NCBI RefSeq assembly: GCF_006345805.1
Contig: NC_042998.1
Location: forward strand, 116,064,001 to 116,128,000
Direction: 5' to 3'
Length of the DNA: 64,000 nucleotides
From: Octopus sinensis
Lineage: Eukaryota
Shown: one piece after another, positions 14,180-27,132 of the stretch
Position numbering within the stretch: the first letter of the stretch is position 1
How the letters are laid out: every line of letters starts with the position of its first letter
Notes under the pieces: model-generated
The model's input: only the letters and a program-made list of their open reading frames with translations
Told to the model about the DNA's origin: nothing
Databases searched by the model: none
Made by a program: the position numbers and the translations under genes

Positions 14180-14293
14180 CAAAAGTGTTACCACTGTGAG
14201 GGTATGATTTGCAAGAGACTCTGCAATTTTCCTCTGGCTCAAAACGTAATTTTTGGTTATATTAATGCCAGAAAGAGAATTCCATATGCCTAT
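14180..14293 (-). CDS. GRIK-like: Internal coding exon of a kainate-type ionotropic glutamate receptor (ATD-LBD linker to start of S1)
   Basis: Acceptor TTTCAG and donor GTAAGT flank a 114-nt, phase 0-0 exon encoding IGIWNSLSGINITKNYVLSQRKIAESLANHTLTVVTLL. It aligns without gaps to the vertebrate GRIK2 segment I recall, [38 protein letters not shown] (also 38 aa). Confidence 0.85.
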
Positions 14294-15337
14294 CTGAAAT
14301 GATAGAGAAGACAAATACAAAAGATAAAATACAATAAGACAAAAGACATACGCAGTTACATTATTACTGATATATTACAAGTTATATATCAGTAATTAGA
14401 GTTTTTGTTTAATGGGTCAGTAATTAGAAACATTCTATGATACAACCATGTTTACTTTTCTCTGATTTGATTGTCAAATTTCCATCCAAGCTTATTCTCT
14501 GCTATCGATTCATTTGAATGATATCAAATCACATGGAGACGACAAGAAACAACTGGGTGGTATCTTGTGTAAAAGTTTCAGGCACAAAGAATATGAATAA
14601 GTTTTGGAAATCCCTGGGATGTCAGTGCTATCGTGTAAAATTGACATCTGGAAATACACTCTACATGATAAAAACAGCTGGGCAGTCCGAGGTGAAGGAT
14701 GAGAGAAGAAACCATTCTGTACGTACTCCTCTACTGATTCAGCATTGCTGCTTTGTGAAGAATTTTGAGGGAGCCAATGCTTTACAGGATATGTGCTTCG
14801 TCAACTGAAAAAGTATATGGTGTGTCAAGTGTTTAAGAAAAAGCAAAGAACTGTCCTGAGTTTCTGTGTAGCTGTTGCCTACATCAGTCTAGATAATGAG
14901 AAAATGCGTGAAAATCAAAGTAAACGTATAAAATGATGGAACTCCCTATGAAGTAGCACCCACTCTGTAGGATTACTTCAATTGATATGATAATACAAAA
15001 GAACAACCGTAGTATACAGTAAATATTGATAATCTAAAGGAGAACAAAATGAACACAGCGCAAATGGAAGAAAGGAGATTAGATTATCAGGACTGCCAGA
15101 AGGCTAAATAGTTGTTGAAAACCATACGAACAGCTAAGCAAGGTAAAATAGATGCACTGTTAAGAGGCTAGTAGTCGAATTAACGCTTAGAAGTTTCCCC
15201 CAAATGCTTACGTCACGCGGTAGAATCATGTCTAAATAGTATTTGCTTTATACTTTTTTCCTAAGTGATATGTTGCTCTGATATTCTCATGCATCGAGCT
15301 GTTAAACTGCAGTACTACGTGACGGTGCACTTTAAGT

Positions 15338-15437
<100 letters not shown>

Positions 15438-15483
15438 ATGCTTGTCTGTCTGTCTATATTATATGTATATGTACTTCAATTTC

Positions 15484-15625
15484 TGAGTTCAAATTACGGC
15501 AAGGTCGACTTTGCACTTCCTTCTTTCAAGATTGCTAAAATAAGAAGCAGTTTAAGAACGGGGTCGATGTAATCGACTATTCCCTTCTCCCAAATCTTCA
15601 AACCTTGTGCCTATATTAGAAATAA
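15484..15625 (+). mobile_element. Degenerate SINE fragment (family of 35879-36114)
   Basis: TGAGTTCAAATT..GGTCGACTTTGC..GGGGTCGATGTAATCGACT matches the 35879 copy. Confidence 0.6.
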
Positions 15626-15629
15626 TTAT

Positions 15630-16188
15630 TATTATTGAGTGGGAGATCAGTGCATACCATCAAAGTGACACCAAGTTACAAATATTTGAAGTCCAGTATA
15701 TCCATCATGAATCCCTGTCTGATAAGGGTACACCAGGCACATGCATCATAACAGTATATGTGCGCAACATAGTGATCTCATATCACGAAACACTGCGAAT
15801 GACCTTGCAGGTGGCGCCCAGTTAGGATTTTCTTCAGGTGGAGTAGCCCATCCCGTTCAAAAAGACCCTGAATTGAGGTTATTTAGATGCTGAACTAAAC
15901 ACTCATGTTTCCAAACATGAATTATCTAAACCCAAAGAATTCCTCTCAACACATTGCTATGATGCTCCCCCACTATTATTTCTCGTGATGAGATACGAAC
16001 ATATCGTCAGACGCTAAGGGACGTGCTCAACTGGTTAAGGTCAAGTAACTAACAAGCAAATCTGTGGAATTGAGCAGAATATTTGCTGTAGATCATCTTT
16101 TATACTCAGACAAAAATGTACATGATAACACTACCAATCACTTAACATCAGAAGGCATGAGAACTACGGCCTGGTACTACATCATGGC

Positions 16189-16190
<2 letters not shown>
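15630..16190. mobile_element. ~560-bp non-coding repeat, unit 1, flanked by (ATT)n
   Basis: Colinear with unit 2 (16274-16753). Shared strings include CATCAAAGT, CACATGCATCA, GTGGCGCC.AGTTAG, CCCATCCCGTTCAAA, GCTCCCCCACTA and TCAGAAGGCATGAGAACTAC.GCCTGGTA. Confidence 0.75.
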
Positions 16191-16252
<62 letters not shown>

Positions 16253-16273
16253 GTTGTTGTTGTTGTTATTATT

Positions 16274-16753
16274 GAATGAAAGAGCAGTACATGTCATCAA
16301 AGTCACCGGGCTAAAATATTTGAAGCCAAGTATACCCATTATGATTACTCGGCTGATACTAGTATACCAAGCACATGCATCACAAACATATATGCGCGTA
16401 TGACGCTCTCATATCAGGAAAAACAGCGAATGATCTTACAAGTGGCGCCGAGTTAGAATTTTCGTCATTCCGCGTACCCCATCCCGTTCAAATGGTCCTT
16501 GAATAAGACTTGTTTAAGGATATTGAACGAAACTCCCATGTTTTCAGAGGTGAATTATTCAATCTCCAGAGGATTCTACAGAGGATTCTACTTAAAATAT
16601 GGCTATGACGCTCCCCCACTACTTATGTCCGTGATCAGAGACGCACATATGCTATAGCACATATTTTATGTCAAGACAAAACATGCGCATAACACTTCCA
16701 ATCCATTAAGTTCAGAAGGCATGAGAACTACTGCCTGGTATTGCATCGGGGCG
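16274..16753. mobile_element. Non-coding repeat, unit 2 (internally deleted), flanked by (ATT)n and (ATT)/(AGT)n
   Basis: Homologous to 15630-16190. Microsatellites at 16190-16273 and 16753-16872. Confidence 0.75.
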
Positions 16754-16802
16754 TATTATTATTATGATTATTATTATTAGTAGTAGTAGTAGTAGTAGTA
16801 GT

Positions 16803-16873
<71 letters not shown>

Positions 16874-17657
16874 TAGGAAAAATAACAAACGTTAGTGTGT
16901 CGGATAAATGCTTTGTGTTATGTGTTCCACATCGTAGCATCCCCTTGATACTCACTTTCATTTTCATCTTTCGGGGCTTATTATATAAAGTATAGGGTTT
17001 GAAATCATCGACCACTTCCTAACCTGAAAATCTGCTGGCATGGTGTCTAAATCCTTATCATGTTTTATATCATCAAGCATTATCAATCTTTACTTTATCT
17101 ATTTTCAGTAATGAACATCATCACGATCACCAATCTAGCGATCGCTATTTAGATTTTACAATTTTTGAGAGCACCTGCTATTTGTCATTCGTTAATTACG
17201 GTTATTGGTGGTGAATCTTCCACAGTGTATCAATAATGTAAACAAAGATGCGTTGTGCGTACTTGTGATATATGAACAAATACTGGTATGTGGATATGAA
17301 TGCGTGTGCATGAAAATTTTTAAAAGCAATAAATCTCTGTCTACATTCCTGATTAGAGGGAAAATATATTAAGAGTAATGAGACTTTAGTTGGCGTATAT
17401 GGAGGTAGACTTCATATACGAACGTATGAACTCCTGCTTACATTATGGGATTAACTATTTATTCAGAGATTACGTGCCAGGCCGAGTATCGACATCATAC
17501 CGCACATCAACATAATACAAAATAATCTTGTGATTATCTTATAATTTAAATTTTATCTTTAATGTTTCACTCATTGGTCTTCGCCGATACTGGGTACTAC
17601 CTTGCAAGATTCAATGGAGTGCACACCAAGCCCGTTTCTTATTTTTTAGCCTCTTAA

Positions 17658-17698
<41 letters not shown>

Positions 17699-18222
17699 TT
17701 GATTTACACTTCCAGGTTCTATAGAAAAGGTTATTTAGTTTCTCACAAATATCAATATCATGCTTATGATATAGCAAGTAAAGTAGATTAATCAAAAGGC
17801 GATGCAATATTATTAAATGCTAATATATTTCAGGTTAGTGGGTTGAAATTGAAAATATGACACAATTACTGGTGACTGTATTAGGCTAACACCTAAGAAT
17901 TGTAACTGTTACCACACCATACACCACCATATCACACCACACCGCATCATACCACCCCGCACTCATTAGCAGTGACCAATTCCCAGCACCCATACCATCA
18001 TCCAGACGCCAACACATGCACAAACGCACACGTCACAGCCAACCCCCCCTTCACACGCTCATACACGCTCCCACATACATACGCACGCGCACCTTCGTTT
18101 TGGGATCGCCATTACTTTATTATCTCCCCTTCTTCCCAACTCTCTTGTCTGACCATTCTGTCCAGCAGTCGTCATGATAAATCGCTAGCCACTAAACCTG
18201 TTTTCATTTTCTTTATGTATCC

Positions 18223-18257
18223 CTTTCTGTTGAAGAGCGTAGGCTCGAAACGTTAAA
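18223..18257 (+). ncRNA. Non-canonical hammerhead-like motif in a short TA-adjacent repeat
   Basis: CTTT-CTGTTGAA-GAGC(GTAG)GCTC-GAAAC-GTT-AAA. The core differs from CUGANGA. A second copy is at 50752-50787. Confidence 0.4.
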
Positions 18258-18466
18258 CTAATACCTGTTTGTTGCTTATACAGCCTTCTTTGTCTTTTGT
18301 TTTTTCGTAAATTCTCACTATATATACTCATATTTATATGGATATATATATATCTATATATATATATGTATGTATATACATATATATGATGTATGTGTTT
18401 ATATATATGTATATACATATATATGATGTATATGTTTATATATATATACATATATATGATGTATAT

Positions 18467-18503
<37 letters not shown>

Positions 18504-18554
18504 TATATAAACATATACAGCATATATATGTATGTATATATATATAAACATATA

Positions 18555-18594
<40 letters not shown>

Positions 18595-18693
18595 ATATAT
18601 ATATATATATATATATATATAAACATATACATCATATATATGTATATATATATATAAACATATATATATATATATATGTTTATATATATATAT

Positions 18694-18767
<74 letters not shown>

Positions 18768-21123
18768 ATATATATGTATATACATATATATTACACACGC
18801 ATACATATGTATTAACAGAATGATAAATTAAATATTGCCACCCACCTGCAAATAATTTTCCTGTGTATTTGCTTGCCACACAAATTTACACTCGTATTTT
18901 AAAGATCTAATTGAAATTTTCTTATGTAACATTTCCTAACGGTTTCTAAAATAATAATTCTATCCAAAACCCGCCTCTTATTATTTGCACCATCTGCGAA
19001 AGTGTTAGTAATTCATTATAAAAATGCTATGTTTTCGAGATTAATTATCAGGAGGAAATGGCATAGTGCTGTCCCTTTGAAATAACTGAACACTTAAGTG
19101 GTATGTCAACATACGCTTGAAATATAATACCATTAAGACGGTAGGCACTTTGCACTTTGGAAAATGGTTTATAGCTTATCTCCTTTTCTGACAATCTGTC
19201 TGTTTCATTTCTTTAGCTTTCAATTAAAATCCGAATACTAACATATTTTACTTATTGCTGCTCCCTTGTCCTGATAATATACGCTTCAAATTCTTCCCTT
19301 CTTTCTTCGTTCCTTTCATCTTTCTCTGGCTCTCTCTTATTAATAAATTTTTCCTCATTGAAGCCATTGAAACCATTCTTTCATACTCGTTATCTTTTTC
19401 ATACGCACGCACACACGCACACAGAAATACATACATACATATCAAAATAATATACATACATATATATTTATGCAGACATACATACACAAATCGCGCACAC
19501 ATGATTACATAAATAATACATATAATATCGATGTATTGGTTACAGTTCAGCGTTCCATTACTTGTATTTTATGTTGGAAGGATATTCATTAGAGGAGAAG
19601 CTAGCTGTCAGAACACATGAACTTTTACACTCAAATCTTATTTGGAAATAAATGTCTGTTTACATTGCGTTCGAGAAAATGACGTTTCCCGCCTTGTTTA
19701 ATAGACATACAAACACATATAAACAAACACACACCCACTCACACTACCACACATATACGCGTGTGTGATTATATATGTGTGGTCTTCTTAGCTGTGTATT
19801 GTTAGTGACGATGACCGCCTCGTTAGTGTCAGTGCTCCTGTCAGTCTCATTTTTTAATATCCTAGCTACGTGTAAGCGCTAGGCAATGTGGCATTTTGCC
19901 CGTTCATTCATCTTATTGCTAAGATTTCATAATCACGGTATCGCTTAGCTTCCATGTTGTCATGATTCTTTCTAAAGCACGGAATAATAGATTACTTTAG
20001 AGAATAAGGCTACAGGCTTGCGTACGAGTATTTAAACGCTTCTTGGCTACGCTCGCACAACCATCTCTTTAAAAACGGCTTACAAAGAAAGAAAAGGACT
20101 ACTCGTAGTCACCTTCTCCATTTACCTGCTCCTGAGTGTGTAGTACACGTTTCTTTAGTAAAATGTATCATATTGAATTTGCATTGCACAATTATATGCA
20201 AGTACATTAGCAAAGTTTCTCAATAGTAAGTTAATCTGGACTACAACCTCTAAACTCCTAAGATCCATTTTGATACAGGATCCTTGATATAGTTCAAATC
20301 GTACAACGCTTTCCCAGTTTATTTGTCCACAAAACAATGTTTTATATACGTACTTATAATTTTCAGTCTATACACTTACACATAAACATACATGCATAAA
20401 CACGCACAGCCATGAGCGTCAAGGAATATACATATAATGATAAATCTCTGTGTAGAAATATGCATAAATATGCGCTGATATGTTGTCAGATATCTTTGTA
20501 TGAATAATCAGATATATACCTGTATACACACACATATATATATATATAAAGACAGTCAAAGAAACATATCTACATGAATTACCGCAAGTTTATACACACA
20601 CACATAGGTGGATGTATATATCTGCACGGATATATTTATATATATTATTTATACATGCAAAACTGAGGTGAAGTGCTTGTAAACTGACGTAGCTAAATGC
20701 TCACTCCTTTCTTAAGTTTCATTATAGGAACTCTAAACATACCTCTGAATTTCCAGACATTCATTTGATAGTGTAAGCGATCTCCAGATTATGGCTTTGT
20801 CCGATAGACAACATCGATATATTGATTTGTTTGTTGATCAGAGATTTTCTCCATCTTCCGATTATAATATATATATATACGTAAATGTCAAACAATAAAA
20901 ATGAGTGCTCAACACCGCATTAGTGAATATAGTTTCCTTATTTGTAAATTAAGGCTACCATTGGTTTCATGTTAGAGAATTGGGAAAACATACATATACA
21001 TACCTATATATGTATATATATATATGCGCACACAGACACATACATATATACATATATCTTAATAAAGAACCTATACCATTGAAAGTATTCAATCTATCAC
21101 TCACTTCTAAAGCAAGCGGCAAG

Positions 21124-21194
21124 AAAAATCTGAAACAACTTAAAAATCTGAAAAATCTGAAAGAACTCAAAAATCTGTAAAATCTAAAACAACT
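21124..21194 (+). repeat. Degenerate 9-bp tandem repeat (AAAAATCTG), about 8 units
   Basis: Read directly from the sequence, at the 5' side of the Penelope element. Confidence 0.7.
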
Positions 21195-21699
21195 AAGCCT
21201 TCAAGTAAAAGAAATTATGCTCGAAATATAATTTGGAAGTTAAAAATTATTCTTAAGAACCACAAACCTAGCTTTTATATAAATCCTTCTAAATCTGATC
21301 TTGGTACTATTCGTAAATTCATTTGTGATATGAAACTTAGTATCATAATAAAGCTAAATCCAGTTCATATCAAGTGATTAACTGGTTTACACAAGTAAAA
21401 AATAACGATAAAACTAAATTTATCCAAATAGATATATCATATTAATATGTTTCTACAAGCCCAATAATACATAATAAGGCACTGATGTTTGCAAAGGAAA
21501 ATTCGGAAATGACTAACGATGATATAGATGTTATTTTGGCGGCTAGAAAATCTATCATTAAATTTGGGTATATATATTGGACATGAAAAGATAGATCGGA
21601 TATAGAGGAATTTCAACCATGTTTCGTGGTCTGTAACCAGAACAGCTCCTTTATAGGATCCAGTTAGCTCAAGACATCACCAGGAGGAACCACATCCGG

Positions 21700-22483
21700 T
21701 TTCGGACCCTACTCTAACGTTCTGACATGACGCCACACCACCCATTTCGGAGGTGTCTTCAGCTCTGGTGTTCTTTCTCCTTCTTTCAACTATGCCTTGG
21801 CATTTTCGATGTAGCGTCAACGAGTGTCAGCGGGTGACTGACTCTCTTGTAAAATTTCCCTTGAAATACCCACTGCCAAGCTCCAGCAGGCAGCCCCAGC
21901 AAGTTGTCACGTGACACTGTCTAAACTTTAACAGACCAATGGAGCTTCGTCTTAGCCCACGCATTCTCTAAACGAGACTGTCACCTGTCAATCAGCGAAG
22001 CTAGTTCAGCGTCAGCCTGTCTCACCTAGTGATGTTATTTTCCTGTCGGTATGTTATGGCTTTCAAGACATTTTTGGTCTTGTCGCTCCAGCCATATATA
22101 GAAGCTGGCTTTTTCGACCACCACCTGTATTCTCCTTATTAGTTTTCTCAGTTCTGAGCTAGAAAATGCAAATCCTTTAGAATAACGTTGTCATTTTTCT
22201 TTCAATGAAGCCCCTAGCCCCCACTGACAGGTAGTAATACTCGACAGTCCATCCCTGTTCTCTGCACTTTTCGATTAGTTTTTCGTACCTCTTGTCCTTT
22301 CGCTTCTCTACATTGTCGATGTTCTCTTCCCATGGCACTGTCAGTTCTAGCAAAGTTCCTATTCTCCGTTCTCTGTCCCATATGACTAAATCTGGTCTTT
22401 TTGTCGTTTTTATGAGTGGAAATATTACTAGTCTTTCCAAATCCGAATTGTTTTCGGATTTGGAAAGACTAGTAATATTTCCA
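21700..22483 (-). mobile_element. 5'-truncated Hero/NeSL-group LINE (RLE endonuclease and 3' UTR) nested in the Penelope element
   Basis: DLERLVIFPLIKTTKRPDLVIWD...LLELTVPWEENIDNVEKRKDKRYEKLIEKCREQGW...VGARGF, then VVEKASFYIWLER, the Hero-type PD-(D/E)xK domain. Penelope RT motifs continue on both sides. The lower boundary is approximate. Confidence 0.8.
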
Positions 22484-24429
22484 GGACTAGTGGTTCTACG
22501 GATTCGGCACTAGTTTCTGATTAGTGGGAATTTATATATTGTTTTCTCTGAATAAGGAATTCTCTGAAATAGCAGGAGGTTCATATAAGGATCATGTGCT
22601 TTTTATAATTCTAAGCACATCTAGCAGAATGTTAGAAAAATAAAGTTTTTAGATTCCTTAAAACTATAGGTCTATCTATTACAATAGAACATGAACATGA
22701 CTCTCTTAATTTCTTAGATGTTACGCTGGAGATTAAATAATTAATTTATAATACCTTTCATAAACCGAATGCAAATATAAAATGTATAGTTATTGGAAGT
22801 AATCATCCCAAATCAGTAACAAACCCACTAATAAAGAACATTTCGTGTAGAATAACTAAATCAGCCAACGAGAATATTTTCGCACTTATTGAAGACTACT
22901 TAGCACTCAGGGAAGCGGGATGTAAGGATAAAATAAAGTGTAATAAGTCAAATAACGAGTCTGATTTAAAGAGTAATTTTAATCATGCAGATCTGAAATC
23001 TAATACTATTAGCAAATCAGTTCATAAGAAAGGTAGTAATGGGGATTTAAAATCAAATATAGAATTTGATAAAACAAATGTAGGTGATTTTAATTGAGAA
23101 AACAAGCAGTTATAATTCAAACAAAAGTAAAAATTGAAAAATTGTTGATAACAGGGTTAAGAATATTTGTACTGCTAATAGAAATAAGGATGTGATGTTC
23201 TCAAATAAAAAATCTCAAATTCTTTGAATGTAAAATCAACTAAAAGATTTAAATAAAATAAAATAAACGTTAACTTTAATATGAATCGAAATCAGAGAAT
23301 ACTCGTTCGAACAACGAAATTATGAAATAAACACCAAAAATGTGAGATTATCTCGAAGAATGATTTATGGTTAATGATCCAATTAGGTAAACAGGTAAAG
23401 TAACAATTTTTCCAAATTGTTTAATATAGCAATTAAAAAATATTTTCCAAGCAATCACAAACATTATAAAAATTTTAGTAGACGTAAGATTAGATTGGCT
23501 TTTGGTTTTAGCAAAAATATTGCACAAATTATAGCAACACATAATGTGAAAATAATATCGAAATTTCAAAAGAGCGATTATAGTCTGAATGGCGTAGTAA
23601 ATATTAGGCATAATAACGTCAAACGGAAAAATAATACCCTAATATAAGGAACGCTAGGATTTTAAATGTCATGGGAAGGGAAACAATTCATTTTAACAGT
23701 TAATAACGTCAAATCGAATAAAAGTTCAGTTAGAATTCGAAGATAACGTTATCTGAAGGAGTAAATAGTAATAAAGGACTTTGGAAATGAATTTAATTCT
23801 ACAATGAATGATCAAATTAAATCTAAATCTGTAAGAAATATAAAAGATTATTTTTGAAATTGATCTAAACGGAAACCCTGTTATGTGAGAAATAAGAGTA
23901 CGGCTAGATATGTAATATATAGATGTAAAGTTACATCTGAACGTACGAAATGCTTTTACATCGGTGGGACATTAGTAATTTTTCTAGAGGAGACTGGGAA
24001 ATCATTTGATTTCATTTAAAGACAGAAATAAAATGTTTCCAACGAATCTTAGCAAATTAATCTGGTTTTTAAGGGCAGTAACAAAGATTATACTATTAAA
24101 TGGGAATTAATTTGTACTGCACAACCTTACAGACAAAGAACCAATGGATGTGACCTATGTTTAGGAGATTTTCACATCCAAGTGTAATGTAATAAACTCT
24201 AGACAGGTACAAGCATTGCGATGTTTGTATATGAGAAAATTCACATTTTTCAAGTATAAATGAATAATCATTTAAGCAATAGGTTTGAAATAACGGACTA
24301 AAAATCATTATCCAATAAAAAGTTGAAATGGTGATTGTTCGGGTCTCACTTAATGGACATCTTTAAATTATACAACGCAGAGTAGATAAAATAAATCTTT
24401 AAACGGCCAAATCGAAGGATATCAAATAA

Positions 24430-24515
24430 AGACCTTGAAGAAACTGCACTGGTTTTATAGTAGGGTTGCGATTGCAACGGATACTAATCAGTGCAATTGA
24501 AATATGTGTTGGTCT
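24430..24515 (+). ncRNA. Type-I hammerhead ribozyme motif (U3 variant, extended stem II) at the Penelope 3' end
   Basis: Stem I AGACC/GGTCT; core TTGAAGA; stem II AACTGCACTG/CAGTGCAATT; then GAAAT-ATGT-GTT as the cleavage triplet. Confidence 0.65.
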
Positions 24516-25636
24516 ATATAACGTGATGCATTAGTAGCAGTATTTAAGGTAATGCTATGAATCTTCGTAGTAATCCTTATAATTAATATTGTTATTATAT
24601 ATATATATATGAATTTTATACTAATTATTCATCCCTTAAGTTTTTATTTACGTTTCGTTTCCTCCTGATATAAGAAAAAAGCAATGTCTGGATGATGCAC
24701 AATGCAAAAGTGAGCCTTTGATGCAAATCTGATGAAGCGTCACTCAAATGTCTTAAACCGCAAACATTACCATTTCCCCTGCTACTCTCTTAGAATAACG
24801 CTGGAATTTTGTTTTCCTTCTCCAACAAAGGGACGAATTTTAATTACTTAAAAAATGTTTGTTCACATACGTCATTCTGGAGTAAGGCCTGTACCTATTA
24901 ACTCATACATTTAAAGAATGATATAGCAGAGAGAGTTCTTGAGCTGATAGGACAAAATATTTCACTGGGCGAAAAATATAGTTAAGTTATTATACAAGAA
25001 ATTAGCAGCTGAGGAGGAGATACAACACTTTGGCAAGGACATAAAAACGATATACTTAAATAATCACATTTCTAAATATACGTAGCCTTGTAGAGAAATG
25101 CATTAAGACTGAGGTGGATGAACCAAAATTTGCATTTTGTCATGGAAGGAATAAATTAGGCGTAATTGGTATATATAATGGAGAAAATGATAAAAAAAAG
25201 AAACAAATTTAATAATTCTTTTCGTGAAGGAGAAAGAGAAAAACACATATCAAATGGAGAAATATGAGTCAATATGTGCATCGATAGCAACATTCGGGTA
25301 AATTTGAAGGCAAGAGGTACGTATTTCCAATTATTTTGATTGCTGTATAATAACTATTTATTTTGTTGATCAATAAATCATGACAGCATAAATGGACGAC
25401 GATGAAGACGACAACGACGACGATTTGATAGATGAGAATAATGATGATGAAGATGATGATTATGATGATGATGGTTGCGAGGATAATGAGGAGAGGAAAA
25501 AGAAACAGAGGAGGCATAGAAGAAGTAAGAGGAACTGGAGAAGGATAATGTTACTCTAAGTTATAACGATTGGAGCAAGAGCGATGGTGAAGATAATAGT
25601 GAAGAATAATGTTTTCACTATGAGGACTGTGGTTCT

Positions 25637-25637
<1 letters not shown>

Positions 25638-25722
<85 letters not shown>
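25638..25722. repeat. (TAG)n microsatellite within a trinucleotide low-complexity block (25380-25860)
   Basis: Read directly from the sequence. Confidence 0.95.
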
Positions 25723-25724
<2 letters not shown>

Positions 25725-26987
25725 AAGCAGCAGGAGCAGCAACAGCAGTAGCAGTTTGAAATGTATAAAGAGTTCATGATAACGATAATGGTGATGACGA
25801 TGATTACGATGATGATGATGAGGAGGAGGAGGAGGATTGTAATAATGAAGCTGTTGTCAATAATCCAGATAAATAGCCTCGTCAATATTTGGCAAGTTGG
25901 TATATAGAATAACTAATGAAATTATAATAACCGATGTTGATATTATTTTAATCGACCTGAGAGGTGATAAAATGATAACTTAACACTAGTTTGACCTTAG
26001 AACCGAGGTCTTATCACTTTCAAACCAGTGACGACTAGACTATTTATTATTGATTTCTCAAGTTCATTTCGACACATTCACATTTAGCTCATATTTTCGT
26101 TTTCTCCACATATATATTTTTCATTTTGCAGCTGTAATTGTCTCATTCATACTCTGATAATAGCCATAGGTGTTTGAATAAAACCAGATGCTGAAACTTC
26201 CCTAACAAAGCGTTCTTTTAAATTACAACAAATCATTCACTCCACTATCAAATATTCATTATTTTTCTCAAGTTTTTGTAGCTGGCTCCTGCGCAATATA
26301 CCAAACACTCCACAATGTAATGTTAGTTGGTAAAACAGAATCAAAAGAACGCTTAAGTCAAACAATATTCAGTCATGTGTGTCAAATTTAAACGAATGAA
26401 CTGTAAGCTTGGAATTGTTATCAAGTGTCTGTAAGTTAGTGTTATGTAAAACAGTTGTAAGAATTTATGAATAGTACATGAATTTCTCAGCACTGAATAT
26501 TCACGTGCATTGTCTGTTGCTAAAAGCTATGCCAGAATATGTTATCAAACGCAGGCTAACATACATATATATGTTAAGCACGTTCATGGCTGTGCGGTTC
26601 AGGAGTTCATTTCTTACGACATAGATTTGAGTCAGTCGTAGTCGGCGATATATTAAGTTGAATGTCTTCTGATATTGCTCCAGTGAATCTCATTTTCTGT
26701 GCAAGAATTTTGGAGAAGAAAACACTGCAGTGACTGACCTATATGTATATATTAGAAAAACAGGTAACAAAGGAATAAACGATTATCTTATGAACTTCGT
26801 TAGCATACAACTACTTCTGCTATAAGATCCGGTGGACACATTGTTGAGTGCATAACACTTTAAGCTACATTTGAGTCTCACTGCTCTCTATTCTATTAAC
26901 ACTTCGCTCAGAAGCATACATATATTGAGTTCTACACTAGGCTATTAGTATTGCAATGCCTAAGCGAAATATGTACGTATGTATGTT

Positions 26988-27026
<39 letters not shown>

Positions 27027-27067
27027 GCATGTGTATATAAAAATATGTATATATGTGTATGTATATA

Positions 27068-27126
<59 letters not shown>

Positions 27127-27132
27127 ACATGT

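Larger units (their letters stand above)
21056..24600 (+). mobile_element. Decayed Penelope-like element, Naiad-type (RT followed by C-terminal GIY-YIG), interrupted by a Hero insertion
   Basis: RT peptides: ILKNHKPSFYINPSKSDLGTIRK, VINWFTQVKNNDKTKFIQIDI...ARKSII, LVGIYILFSL and LNFLDVTL...FHKPNA...SNHPK. Linker: KYFPSNHKHYKNFSRRKIRLAF...IIATHNVKII. Endonuclease region: VIYRCKVT...FYIG and KWELICTAQPYRQRTNGCDLCL. Many stops. Confidence 0.85.

Noticed and set aside
20742-20850. Minus-strand segment GDRLHYQMNVWKFR before GTATGT as the upstream receptor exon
   Set aside because: There is an in-frame stop just upstream, and the donor is phase 1, incompatible with the phase-0 acceptor at 14293.
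24715-24770. CTGATGAAG...CGCAAAC as a second HHR downstream of Penelope
   Set aside because: No convincing stem II or stem I, and GAAA is disrupted.
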